Shown: positions 41,218-53,419 of the stretch, piece by piece | Layout of the letters: the number at the start of each line of letters is the position of its first letter | Numbering within the stretch: position 1 is the first letter of the stretch | Assembly (NCBI RefSeq): GCF_006345805.1 | Contig: NC_043015.1 | Coordinates: 39,990,001-40,054,000, forward strand | Length of the DNA stretch: 64,000 nt | From: Octopus sinensis | Taxonomy: Eukaryota | Direction: 5' to 3' | Translations under genes and position numbers: made by a program | Notes under the pieces: model-generated | Told to the model about the DNA's origin: nothing | Database searches by the model: none | Seen by the model: the letters and a program-made list of their open reading frames with translations, nothing else

Positions 41218-41286
41218 ATGTTCTCATCACAATCGTCGTCACATTATGTCAAATCGAGCAAAGTGGTTTCCTACGAAACGCAGAAG
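41218..41286 (+). CDS. Filamin-repeat protein, coding exon 1 (MFSSQSSSHYVKSSKVVSYETQK)
   Basis: Acceptor tttgttttaag ends at 41151. In-frame TAA at 41209-41211 precedes ATG 41218. Donor AAG|gtatgt, phase 0, in frame with the next exon. Confidence 0.7.
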
Positions 41287-41855
41287 GTATGTATGACGTC
41301 ATTCATTCCCTAAACCGATATCATTGCCAACAACAAGAATTACAAGAAGAACATCAATCAGCGTAAATAAACAAGATTAAATGAAGGACAATCATTCAAT
41401 ATTTTCCCCTCTTTTTGCTCACCTCCCTCTTTCTCTTAAACAACCTTTATACTTTTCCTCATTTCCTTCTCTCTTATTCGCCCTTCTTCTATCTTCTGCA
41501 TACAAATCATTATTAACCTTTACCTGTGCAAAGTATTTTCGTAAATTCGTCATAGACTTCCATGTTTGTTTTCAGATTTTTAGTCGACCCCTTGTTTCAC
41601 ACGTTCTGAGAAATATAAAGCTATCCTTTCGGAAGTTCTAAGTTACTTTGGTAGCTGGAAAACATGCGGATGTCTATCGTATATGATGCATGGACGCAAG
41701 AAAAACATTTCAAGTGTATCACACGTGATTCACACGACAGATAAAGGGTTGAGCCTCGTTTACTGATTTTATCTTGCGCTTGCCCAACCGGATATTGACA
41801 ACTCACTAATTCATTGATAAAAAGCGCTTAAGTAAATTCACCATTCGCAAATTTC

Positions 41856-41903
41856 TTCCATCTGACGAATGCATTGTTTAGCAAGAAACATAAAGTCATT
41901 GAA
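41856..41903 (+). ncRNA. Degenerate type I hammerhead motif in filamin coding intron 1
   Basis: TTCCAT-CTGACGA-ATGC..GCAA-GAAAC-ataaa-GTC-ATTGAA. Core intact; one mismatch in stem I and one at the base of stem II. Confidence 0.5.
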
Positions 41904-42212
41904 AAGTATGAATATTCACCAGTTATATAATTATAATAAAAATATTTACTCTACACAATGTGTTGAGTGCTCCCATTTTCGTTCATAGAAACATTTATTC
42001 ATAGTTACATTGTTGTTCTAAAACTGATTATTATTCATTAAGCTCAAATCCAATTGAAATTGCCTTTTTCTATTTTGTAATTTGCGTTTGTGATGTTTTA
42101 AAAACCTGATCTCCGACATAAAACTTTTTTGTTTCTGATTAATTCTTTTACTACGATTTGAAGAGAGCTCGATGAAAAATAATCCGTTTTAGGACAATAA
42201 TATAACTAGATA

Positions 42213-42607
42213 TCATTATATATAAAAGTCAAGTTGTGTGTCTGTCTCCTACGATTTAGATTCCTAACTACTCCCACATTTTGCGGTGCAGTTTAACCAA
42301 AACCGGGTATCTTATAGTCGTGATTCATATCGAGCCCTTCTGGGTATTAGCGCGCGTCTACGATGAGTCTACGATTTTAAAAAAAATTTACCATCATTTT
42401 TTCCATTTTAATGCATTTTTTCACTATTAAAAAAGGGAAGTAACTCTCTAAAAATGTCTACGATGAGTCAACGATTTAAAAAAAAATTACCATCATTTTT
42501 TTCCATTTTTAATGCATTTTTTTGCTATTTTTTTGGTTTAACTCTCTAAAAATGCTTATATAGTTATTTCCCTTACAAACCCGAACAACGCCGGTCGATA
42601 CTGCTAG
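42213..42607 (+). mobile_element. Non-autonomous Helitron (~395 bp)
   Basis: A|TC 5' end, GC-rich subterminal hairpin-like segment (acccgaacaacgccggt), CTAG|T 3' end. Internal ~100-bp tandem duplication (~42357-42552). Confidence 0.75.
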
Positions 42608-42662
42608 TAAACGTATAAACGTATTTAAACACATGTGCATATTTTTGCTTATATTTGCACAG

Positions 42663-42953
42663 GTGAATCGGGCCCGAAGTCATGTGACCACCAGTCACGT
42701 GGACTTGTCTAGAAACTACAATGACCAACTGGCTGATCGAATGTTCTACAGTACAACGGCGATCGACAGCAATGGATTGGCCGACTCATCATCCACCCGG
42801 TATTCTGGTTCCTCCGGTACCGTCGCCTATAACAACACCCGTCGTTCCAGCAGCAATACGTCATCTGAAGGAAGCATCAGAGAATTTGTTATCAACCCTG
42901 ACCCTTTGGACCAAGAAGGGACCTACTCGGTTGGAATCATCTTCGATCGCACC
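42663..42953 (+). CDS. Filamin-repeat protein exon 2 (Ser/Thr-rich, VNRARSHV...GIIFDRT)
   Basis: atttgcacag|GTG ... ACC|gtaagt; 291 nt, open, phase 0-0. Confidence 0.85.
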
Positions 42954-44129
42954 GTAAGTTCCACAGGTCATCATTGCGATCCCAACTCCACCTCCCCACC
43001 TCTATCATTTCTGTTTGTTTCTTATGTTCTGAAGTCTATAATAAGGGCCAGGTATAAAGACAGACACCATGATCTCTGGCCCCGCCTTGGTGAACTTTTT
43101 TAAGTTCCACCTAAAAAAGAAAGGTGGAGTTAGAGAAAAGGTGTCTGTCAGTACGCGAGTTTCAAAAAAGATGGAAAGCGTCTTGCACGATTGCTGAGAG
43201 TGAAAGTCACTACATGAACACGCCATAAGTCAGCTACCAAGTTTCAGTGGGAAAAAAAAAGGCTCGTGGGGTCGGCAATCCTGTTTTTTTTCCCCGCTTC
43301 ATGCGTCTTTTGTTGTTTGTTGTGTGTAAAAAGTGTAACATTCGATTTTTTCGATTTTTTGTAAATTTTTATTGTATTTTCACTAGCATTTTAATGTTGT
43401 TCATCATTGTTTTAACATGACCCCAATCATGTTGTACTGTCCCCCTCTATGTTGGCCCCTTGTGGGCAATAAAGAAACAAATAAGTGCCAAACTCTTGAA
43501 TAAGCCTCTTGCTTTGTTTCAGGTTTACCTTTCTTTCTGATTAATTCTTTTACTAAGGTTAATTTTATCGATAAACCCTTCAAGGCGGTGCCCCAGCTTG
43601 GCCGCAATCTAACGAATAAAACAAATAAAAGAATAAAAGAATAAAAGAACAGTACAATTTTATATCGACTAATATAAAATTAAACCAATTAAAGATAAAT
43701 TTGCTTCGCGGCAAGATTGTTTCGTGTTGTTAATTATCGTCTTTCCTGGAGCATCTTTTGTAAGAGAACGCATTTCGTAAACCGTCCGAACATTTCCATA
43801 TCTGCCTCTCTACATCTCCGTATATGTTTCCGTATATCTCCGTATATCTCCGTGAATGTAAGATTCATAAATACAAAGAACTTGGCTTCCTAGATAAATA
43901 CGCTGGCATCGAGTTTAACATTGTTTCCTGGCAGCAGGTCGTCTTTAGATGTTATCTAAGGTGTCCTTCCTTTCTAAAATGGTAATGTGCAATTCCACGT
44001 GTTTACTCAGCTCATATGCGTTGCTATATATGTGTGTGTGTGCATGTGTGTGTGTGTTGTGTGTGTGCGTGCGTGTGTGGGTGTGTGTGGGTGTGCGTGT
44101 GGGTGTGTGTGTGCATGTGTGTGTGTGTG

Positions 44130-44164
<35 letters not shown>

Positions 44165-44280
44165 TAAACGGTCTGCTCTGTTCTCATTTCCATCATTCTA
44201 CCGTTCTTCCTTATTTCCCCCACCCCACTCCATCTCTCCAGCCCCCCTTTCTATTCTACCTCGCATCGTTCTGTCGACAG

Positions 44281-44401
44281 GTGAACGACTACATCAAGGA
44301 CAAGAGCAGCGTCACAGTGGAAGCCAGGTCCCCGTCTGGTCGGTTGATAACCTTTAGCGGAGAGACCAACTATACAGCAAGATTCGATGCTTCGGAAATC
44401 G
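44281..44401 (+). CDS. Filamin-repeat protein exon 3 (VNDYIKDKSSVTVEARSPSG...FDASEIG)
   Basis: gtcgacag|GTG ... ATC G|gtaaga; 121 nt, phase 0-1; filamin-like V..SPSG and F...E.G motifs. Confidence 0.9.
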
Positions 44402-44654
44402 GTAAGACACGAAACATGCACACAAGCACGCATGTGCATATATGTAAACACACTGAAAGCAAAAAAAATATCGTTTTTCATCACGTGATTACCTTTTGCC
44501 CTCCATGTGATATCTCCATCATGAGGACACCTCTCTTCTCATGTGGTCAATCTTCATCTCAAGAGTACATCATCCGTCCGTCACATTATTATCTTCCCTT
44601 CGTTTTGTAATCATCTTTCCATTCATGGCAGAATGACTGAAAACACCATTAATA

Positions 44655-45060
44655 GGCGCAGGAGTGGTTGTGTGGTAAGTAGCTTGCTAACCAACCACAT
44701 GGTTCTGGGTTCAGTCCCACTGCGTGGCATCTTGGGCAAGTGTCTTCTACTATAGCCTCGGGCCGACCAAAGCCTTGTGAGTGGATTTGGTAAACGGAAA
44801 CTGAAAGAAGCCCGTCGTATATATGTATATATATATATTTGTGTGTGTGTTTGTGTGTCTGTGTTTGTCCCCCTAGCATTGCTTGACAACCGATGCTGGT
44901 GTGTTTATGTCCCCGTAACTTAACGGTTCGGCAAAAGAGACCGATTGAATAAGTACTGGGCTTACAAAAGAATAAGTCCCGGGGTCGATTTGCTCGACTA
45001 AAGGCGGTGCTCCAGCATGGCCGCAGTCTGAAACAAGTAAAAGAGTAAAAGAGCAAAGAG
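44655..45060 (+). mobile_element. Full-length tRNA-derived SINE, family A
   Basis: Head ggcgcaggagtggttgtgtggtaag (A box) and gggttcagtccc (B box), internal (TA/TG)n, tail (gtaaaaga)n; many copies in the window. Confidence 0.85.
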
Positions 45061-45321
45061 TAATCTCTTTAATCGTTACTCAAATCCAAACAACCACAAA
45101 ATCTATTTACGTTTGCAACTAATTCCAACTCATCCCAAAATTCCGTCCTTAAAGACATTTGTTGCAAGTGGGGAATTTACTTAGGTCTGCAATACATTCC
45201 AAAATTTCGAAAACGTTAATGTTCAAGACCAAAATTGCATTATTTACTTCCGTTGTAATATAAATATTGAATGTTGACTTTCTGACCCCGCTCGGGTATT
45301 TTTCTGAAAACATATTTACAG

Positions 45322-45453
45322 GGAGATGGACCGTGAAAATATTGTACAATGGTCATTGTGTGGAGAGCGGCAGTATTTACGTATGTGACCCTTGTAAAGT
45401 CCGTGTGAAAGGACCATCTCACGGCACTGTGGGTGAAATGATCAGATACAGAG
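45322..45453 (+). CDS. Filamin-repeat protein exon 4 (RWTVKILYNG...DPCKVRVKG...)
   Basis: tttacag|GG ... AGA G|gtgagt; 132 nt, phase 1-1. Confidence 0.92.
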
Positions 45454-45569
45454 GTGAGTAAAATGTTTCTAAATTGGCAAAAACATAAAAGAACAGAAAA
45501 GACTCGAATTCAGTGAGATTTGAGAGCAAAACAACAAAAAAATAATCTGATACACGTATGATTTTATAT

Positions 45570-45930
45570 CCTCAAGAGAAAGATATACATACATTTGAGG
45601 AAGGCAGAGGTGGAGCAGGCGGTGTTGCAGAAAATCATATAAAGCAGTTGAAAGCTGAAAAGGGCAAAGAACCAGGAACCAGCCATTGAAAAGCAAATGT
45701 AGAAAGTACGGGTAAAAGGTATCCCTGTAGTTATAGGTACATCAGAGACTATTCCTAGAGATTTGAACAGACGGATTGAGGAAATAGAGATAAGACCTAG
45801 TTTAGTGCAGCTCCCCAAAACAGTTTTATTAGGGACAGCTAAGGATGCTTAGGAAGGTTCTTGGCACCTAAGGTTACTTGTTGTAACCCGATGTGAGGAA
45901 TTTCTTCCAACAGTCTAATATGATGTGCAC
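45570..45930 (+). mobile_element. R4/Dong-clade 3' fragment followed by an (AAT)n array
   Basis: VKGIPVVIGTSETIPRDL...LPKTVLLGTA..LRKVL; (AAT)n at 45931-46016. Confidence 0.7.
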
Positions 45931-45999
<69 letters not shown>

Positions 46000-46016
46000 T
46001 AATAATAATAATAATA

Positions 46017-46231
46017 TCCTACGTAAAATACTGTCTATGTAATCTCAAATTTTAAAAGCAAACATAATTTTCTTATGGTTTCTTAAACATTCTCTAGAAC
46101 AACACTATGTACAAAACCAAATATATGACACCCTAGGCATAACACCAACATGAACTTCCAACTTGTTGTCTCTTGAGGTCTCTGGGTGAAACTTGAAGCC
46201 AACTTGTACAAATGCTAAGCAAAAGTCAAAC

Positions 46232-46233
<2 letters not shown>
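46017..46233 (+). mobile_element. Probable second Dong-like 3' end embedded in (AAT)n
   Basis: Begins ILRKILSM*, resembling the ILR.VL C-terminus of the other copies; (AAT)n on both sides. Confidence 0.5.
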
Positions 46234-46307
<74 letters not shown>

Positions 46308-46489
46308 TACAACAACAACAACAACAAGAGCATTCAGAAAGCTCAAACTTCGACCGAAGCAACACTAATGTACTCTCAACGATTAGCCGATGATTTTTAA
46401 AATGAGACTATTTGAAATAAACTCGATTGCTCTCACAAATGATAATACTAAAAATGAACCTGACCTCAAAAATTAAGTAAAAAAAAAAA

Positions 46490-46682
46490 AACAGAAAAAT
46501 AATCCAGAACCCTTGTCCAGTATCGGATCGATCCTAAAATCTAATCAGTTCGTGCCAGTCACAAGGCCAAACATCCCTGAAAGTTTCACCTGAATCCATC
46601 CAGCGGTTCTTGAGATATCTTGTCCACAGACAAACACGACTGAAAACAATACCTCTGCTTTCGCCAAGGCGGAGGTAATAAT
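46490..46682 (+). mobile_element. Probable Helentron-associated (HINE-like) element end
   Basis: Terminal hairpin acctctgct-ttcgcca-aggcggaggt followed by aataat; preceded by a gacaaaca/gaaaacaat subterminal motif. Confidence 0.45.
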
Positions 46683-46800
46683 GATAATAATTCTATGGTA
46701 GAATGTTTATAATGGGCGATAGATGAAGGATATTATAAATAGTCATTCGCTATTTTTCCATCACGAATTCATTCGTCGTCTCTTTCTTTCATTCTCACAG

Positions 46801-46974
46801 TGAACTCGTTGGAAGCTGGACCCGGAGATATAAAACTCGAAGTGCTTCTCGGGGAGAAGAAAATACCAGCTGACATAGAGGGCGTGAAGAAACAAGTGGT
46901 GAAGGCAGATTTTATACCCCGGGTACCCGGCACATATCGAGTCAAGGTGAAATATAATGGGGTGGAAATCAAAG
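46801..46974 (+). CDS. Filamin-repeat protein exon 5 (NSLEAGPGDIKLEV...FIPRVPGTYRVKVKYNGVEIK)
   Basis: ttctcacag|TG ... AAA G|gtaaga; 174 nt; canonical AGPG and F.P...G.Y.V.V.YNG filamin motifs. Confidence 0.95.
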
Positions 46975-47436
46975 GTAAGATCTTTTTAGAAAACGTCACG
47001 GATGACAAATGCGCGTGTGAGCATATTCCTGTTTGCGAATGTGTGCGCATGTGTGTGTATGTCTAAGCGTTTAACTATATATAAATATAGATACACATAC
47101 ATACATACATTCATACATACATACATACATACATACATACATACATACAGGCATACATACATACATACATACATACATACATACATACATACATGCATAC
47201 ATACATACACACACATAATACATACATACATAAATGCATACATACATACATACACACATGCATACATACATACATATATACATACATACATACACACACA
47301 TAATACATACATACATACATACATACATACATACATACATACATACATCCATCCATACATACATACATACATACATACATTCATACATACATACATACAC
47401 ACACACACACATACATACGTATCGTTAATGTATCTA

Positions 47437-47730
47437 ATTTGTACTGATGTGACTCAGTCAAGTCGAAACTGTTCTGTTACAAATACTCTTCCTTACCAAG
47501 GTATTTAAAAACCATTAGAAAAAGAGCAGATATATGTGTTTACACACACACACGCACGCACACACACACACACACACACACATACATACATATGCATGTG
47601 TATACATATATACATGCACACACGCCGCACACACATATAGTTAATGCATCTCGAAACTAGTTTATACTGATGTAACACAGTCAAGTCGAAACAGTTCTGT
47701 CTACAATATTCTTCCTTGCCAAGGCGTTAA
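47437..47730 (+). repeat. Two copies (47437-47501, 47661-47724) of a ~65-bp unit containing a decayed hammerhead motif
   Basis: ATTTGTA-CTGATGT-GACT..AGTC-GAAAC..GT-TACAAAT, and a second copy ...GAAACAGTTCTGTC. Both have A9>U. Confidence 0.55.
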
Positions 47731-47771
47731 ACATAAATATATATATATATATATAAATATATATATAATAA

Positions 47772-47802
<31 letters not shown>

Positions 47803-47932
47803 GTATGTATATATACATACATACATACATACATACATACATACATACATACATACATACATGGGATCTACTATAAGATTACATTTCTAAATGTCTTCAA
47901 AACTATCTTGATTGTGATTAATAATAGATTAG

Positions 47933-47967
<35 letters not shown>

Positions 47968-48959
47968 CGTGCGTGCGTGTGTGTGTATGTATATGTCTAT
48001 ATCTATGTATATGTATATGTATGTATTTCTACTATATATATATATATATAGTAAAAAAATGTTTCTCATAACTCCCATTGAACACAGCTTTCTTCACAAT
48101 TATCAACATTATCCTTAGTATCACCAACACCGTTATCATCACCAGAACCAGCACCATCATCATCATCATTATCATCATCATCATCATATCATCATCATTA
48201 TCATCATCATTATCATCATCATCATCATCATCATCATTGCTACTTTCTCTTCCCCAGATATCACTCAAGTCACTTCCCCCAAACCGGTCATTCATAAAGC
48301 TGTGTTCTTTATGAAAATTGACGACGATGAATTCGGAGCGAAAATTAACCTGAAATGTAAGTAGAACATATTTTGGTCAGTGATGGTCACGCCGAGTGGT
48401 GTTAGTTATTTACTAGTGAGTAGTGGTCATCTGGATTGGTGTTAGTTATCTGCTCTGATCAGCGATAGCGGGTGGCAGCCAGCAATAGTATTGTCCATCT
48501 TTCAGCTAACAACTATTTAACTCACATCTATCTACTGTCTAACTCGCATCCGTCTACTGTCTTTTGGCTATTATTTATTGTCTATTGTCTAACTACTGTT
48601 TAAAAATCATGAGTAACAACTAGTTAACTAGAAGCTAATACCATACTAACTGTTCTCTAACTACTGACAAATTTAAGTTAACTAGTGGTTAATTATTAAA
48701 TGATGTCTAATTACTGGTCAGCTACTGTTATAAGATTTAACTAATTTCGTAGTATCGTCTAGTTATAATTAACCATTGACTAATTACTGTCAAGCAGATG
48801 TTCAACTCATGGCTATCGTCTGTTTTATTAACTGAAACAAAACCTGTCTAACCGAGATAATTATTTTTAATTAAGCAAATTATGCTGATCAATAATTATT
48901 TCATAACTCTTTTTCTGATTAAAAATGTTTAACTGATCAAGCCGGTTTCATAATATTAT

Positions 48960-49002
48960 ACTATACTGATGAGGTCTAACTAGGTCGAAACATGTCTGTA
49001 GT
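48960..49002 (+). ncRNA. Minimal type I hammerhead ribozyme (Penelope type), intact core, in filamin intron 5
   Basis: ACTATA-CTGATGA-GGTCT(AACT)AGGTC-GAAA-CATGTC-TGTAGT. Stem I is 6 bp, stem II 5 bp with two GU pairs, stem III is the palindrome ACATGT. GUC cleavage site after 48996. Confidence 0.8.
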
Positions 49003-49275
49003 TATTTCCTTACCTACAAAAAAGATCAGACTGTCTCCTAAACATGTAAATTTAAATTTGAGGGATTGATTCTGAATTTTTTAAAAATCATCACGCCCAT
49101 TTCTTTGAAAATCTTCAATAATAATTTCAGTAACACAAAAGAACATCACCCCCTTTTTTACCTGTCTAACATATTGCATATCTAATTTATTACCTTGTCT
49201 AATTTATTATTTAGCTACTGTCTAACTATTTTTTTACTATAATTACTGTCTAACGAATTGTGTCTATATTTCTCT

Positions 49276-49335
<60 letters not shown>

Positions 49336-49769
49336 TCTAAATTTATCTTCCTTGCCTTCTTTTTATCTCCTTCTCTACGTCTCTCTCTCTCTCACTTCTC
49401 TTCGTCTGTCTGACTGTCTCTCTCTCTTTCTCTCTCGCACTCATTGTGTGTCTGTCTATCTACCTTTCTTTTCCTCCCATTCTCTATCTCTCTTTTGCCA
49501 CCGTTTCCTTCTCTCCCTCCCTCCCTCTCTTTCTCCCTCTCTCTCCCTCCCCCATGCCCTCTCTTCCCCCTCTCTCTCTCGTTCTCTTGTTTCACTTTCC
49601 TCTCTTTCTTTATATCCCATTCTCTTTTTTTTTTGTCTCTTTCTACGCATTCTATCACTTCTCTGGTTCTATCAATCTGAAATTCTGATATTCTGAAATC
49701 CTGATATTCTGCTGTTCTGTAATTCCGACCGTTTCCAGTCCAATATATTTCATTTCTGATTGTTGTCAG

Positions 49770-49886
49770 GTGACTGGAAAATGGACTACGAACAAGGAAC
49801 CCCATTCTGGATACAAGTGGACACACAACCCGACATTCAGATCATCGACAACTCGGATGGCGAAACCAATAATGTGGAACTATTAG
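49770..49886 (+). CDS. Filamin-repeat protein exon 6 (DWKMDYEQGTPFWIQV...NNVELL)
   Basis: ttgtcag|GT ... TTA G|gtaagc; 117 nt, phase 1-1; GTPF corresponds to the filamin GSPF motif. Confidence 0.85.
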   Translation: MTGKWTTNKEPHSGYKWTHNPTFRSSTTRMAKPIMWNY

Positions 49887-50250
49887 GTAAGCCCACGTGA
49901 CTAACCCTGAAGCCACCCCCTTCTACCTCCTACCGCCCCTTTCTACCCCCTTACTATTCCTCATTCTATCTCTTATGAAGTTGATAGGTAATAATATATT
50001 CGTTTCACATTTTGGCACAAGGCCAGCAATTTCGGGGCAGGGCCCTAGTCGATTACATCGACCCCAGAGCTCACTTGATACTTGTTTTATTGACCCCGAA
50101 GGAATGAAAGTAAAGTCGACCTCGGAGGAATTTGAACCCAGAACGTAAAGACGGACGAAATGCCGCTAAGTATTTCGTCCGGCGTGCTAACGACTCTGCC
50201 AGCTCAAAGCCTTAATAATAATGATGATGATAATAATAATAATAATGATG

Positions 50251-50306
<56 letters not shown>

Positions 50307-50743
50307 TTCAAATTTTGTCTCAATGTCAGTATTTCGGGAGAAAGATTAAGTCAATTACATTGACCCCGGTGCTTGACTGGTATTTATTTTATAGATCCCG
50401 AAAGGATGAAAGGTAAAGTCGACCTCAGCGGAATTTGAACTCAGAAAGTAAAGACGGACGAAATGCTGCTCAGCATTTTGTCCGGCCTGCTAACGATTCT
50501 GCCGTCTTAAACTATCAATGCCCCGCGTGAGGTCCATAGCCAATAATATACTGATAACGAAAAAAATGCTGATAACTCTAATGTTGATAATCATAATGTT
50601 TATAATTAATAAAGTTGATAACTATAATGTATTGATCATTGCATTGCTGTTAACTAATAATGTTGATAATTACAATGTTGATAATTATAATGTTGATAAT
50701 TATATTGTTGCTATTTACCAGTGCATTTCTATAATTTAAACAG

Positions 50744-50917
50744 CTGACTGTAACAGAGCGGGAGATGGTTTAATCGAAGCCACTGCCACCCATAATGGTA
50801 AGGTCATTCCTGTGGAAGTGGTTGAAAGACAACCAAGGGTGTACGCCATTAAATTTACCCCAGACACACCCGGAAGTTACAAAATTAGGATATTCTACGA
50901 TGGGAAAGAGGCGAAAT
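50744..50917 (+). CDS. Filamin-repeat protein exon 7 (DCNRAGDGLIEA...FTPDTPGSYKIRIFYDGKEAK)
   Basis: ttaaacag|CT ... AAA T|gtaaga; 174 nt, phase 1-1. Confidence 0.93.
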
Positions 50918-51391
50918 GTAAGATTTATACGATTTTTATACAGATTTGTTTTATCATTTTTTATATTTTTGCCTCTATACCACTACAACAGTCGACGACC
51001 TCAACATGACATCACCAAATCATTATCGTGTCACTACAATAATACAACATTATTCAACTACCATATTAACATCACATCTCCACAAACAGCCACAACCTCA
51101 GGACTACCACATCGAATAGGTATTGGCTGTGTTGTATAAGTCACATATGTAATAAATGATTATGAATTTAAAAAAGCTGTTCAAATTATGTTGCGAACGT
51201 CTCAAGAGAATAGCTATTTATTTGCTAAATAACGTATTACATTATATATAATTGCATAACCAGACCATTTCATCAGACATCTTTCTACAACTGTATGTAT
51301 GTGTATGTATGTTTGTATTTACGTATGTATATGTATAAATAAGCTTTTTATTGTTACTTTACATTTCTGTATGTTGCTTCTTCTGCTGTAG

Positions 51392-51535
51392 GTTCTCCGT
51401 TTATTCACGTCATTGATGCCTTAATGATGCCGATAGCTTACGGAGATGGACTCGTTCATGCTTTCGAAGGAAGACCCTGTGTTTTCTATGTTAACCCTTA
51501 CGGACAAAGGGGAAACTTATCAGTTCAAATCAAAG
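51392..51535 (+). CDS. Filamin-repeat protein exon 8 (SPFIHVI...AYGDGL...GNLSVQIK)
   Basis: ctgctgtag|GT ... AAA G|gttagc; 144 nt, phase 1-1. Confidence 0.92.
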
Positions 51536-51921
51536 GTTAGCCCTGAACTTTCATTTACACTGAAACGGTTGACACATCGCATTCGTATGCCTTCTTCATA
51601 TTTTTGTCATTTATATACTTGTTTTTGTTTTTAATCCTGCAGCTGAGGTGAACCATTTTTATATCCTGAATAAGAGAAAAGATTTTATTTCTAGGAATCC
51701 AAAGACACAGTTTTAGATTATGCAACAGCAATAATATTTCTTATTTTGTAATGATTTAGACAGAAAGTACATGGTGTGGGAGTTTGATCTGACCGAAAGA
51801 TTTCAGTCCAGACGACGTATAAATTTATTTCACAAATACATGTCAAACTGTGATTTCGAAGTTTAGCTGGCAACAACTCGTGAAACATCAAATCTATCTA
51901 TTTCTCTTCCCGCCCTTTCTC

Positions 51922-51989
<68 letters not shown>

Positions 51990-52013
51990 CCTATCAGTCT
52001 GTCTGCCTGTCCC

Positions 52014-52057
<44 letters not shown>

Positions 52058-52081
52058 CCTATCAGTCTGTCTGCCTGTCCC

Positions 52082-52157
<76 letters not shown>

Positions 52158-53293
52158 CATATATATATATATACATATATATATAAAGTATATATATATA
52201 TATATATATATACTTTATTTAAAGCAGCAGAAAATTCAACAAAACCTGTTACTCTGAGTTTCACGTTGCCGTATGTATATATATATATATGTATATGTAT
52301 ATGTATATAAATTAGAAAAAAAAACACCTTTTATCAATTCAAAATGAAAAATTAAATTACACAACGTAGTAAATTACATATAATAGAAATATTAAATATA
52401 AGATAAAAATAATATACCGATGATTAAGTAAATTGCAAAATAATAAATAAAACGTATATATGTGGTTGAGTAACGACGCGTTATTCTATCAAATATATAG
52501 CAAATATATAGACATAGATACATATGTATGTATGTATGTGTGTATGCTTGTATGTATGTATGTATGTATGTATGTATGTATGTGTATGTATGTATGTATG
52601 TATGTATGTATGTGTGTATATGTGTATGCTTGTATGTATGTATGTATGTATGTATGTATGTATGTATGTGTGTATATGTGTATGCTTGTATGTATGTATG
52701 TATGTTTGTATGCATGTATGTTTGTATGTATGTATGTATGATGTATGTATGTATGTATGTATGTTTGTGTGTATGTATGTATGCATGCATGCATGTATGT
52801 ATTCATGTATGCATGTATGTGTGCGTGGGTGTGTATACATATATATATAACTTTAGATACATCTCGCGGATGCTATAAAATGTGTTGTCTGTGATTGTTC
52901 TGAGATTTCAGAGGGTTTCGGGTCTTTCGACATCAGATCCTCACCCAGTTGACCCAACAGCTGTTGATCAAGTCCCAGCGAGTACGTACGTACGTAAGTA
53001 CATACGTACGTACGTAAGTACATACGTACGTAGGTACATACGTACTACATAGGTACATACGTACATACGTATGTATGTATGTATGTATGTATGTATGCAT
53101 GCATGTATGTATGTATGTATGTATGTATGCATGTGTGTAAGTGCATGCGCATGGGTGTGGAGCTATGTTTATACAAGTCTGTATGTATGTATGAGTAAAT
53201 ACGTGAAATCATTAAAAACGTCTGCTGGTTTCTTCCTAATTCTAAGGCGATGCTTTGTTCAATAAAATGATTCTACTTTGTTTATTATTCCAG

Positions 53294-53419
53294 GACAAAA
53301 CTCGGAACTTCACCAAACTATCACCCTTGACCCAAACGGACACTACAAAGTCTGTTATAAACCAGTTGAGCTTGGAAGACATACAATTCACGTAAAATGG
53401 AGTAATCAGCCCTTAGACG
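53294..53419 (+). CDS. Filamin-repeat protein exon 9 (QNSELH...GHYKVCYKPVELGRHTIHVKWSNQPLD)
   Basis: attccag|GA ... GAC G|gtaaat; 126 nt, phase 1-1. Confidence 0.93.

Noticed and set aside
44655-44730. tRNA-like A/B boxes
   Set aside because: These are SINE heads continuing into SINE bodies; there is no complete cloverleaf, so no tRNA gene was called.
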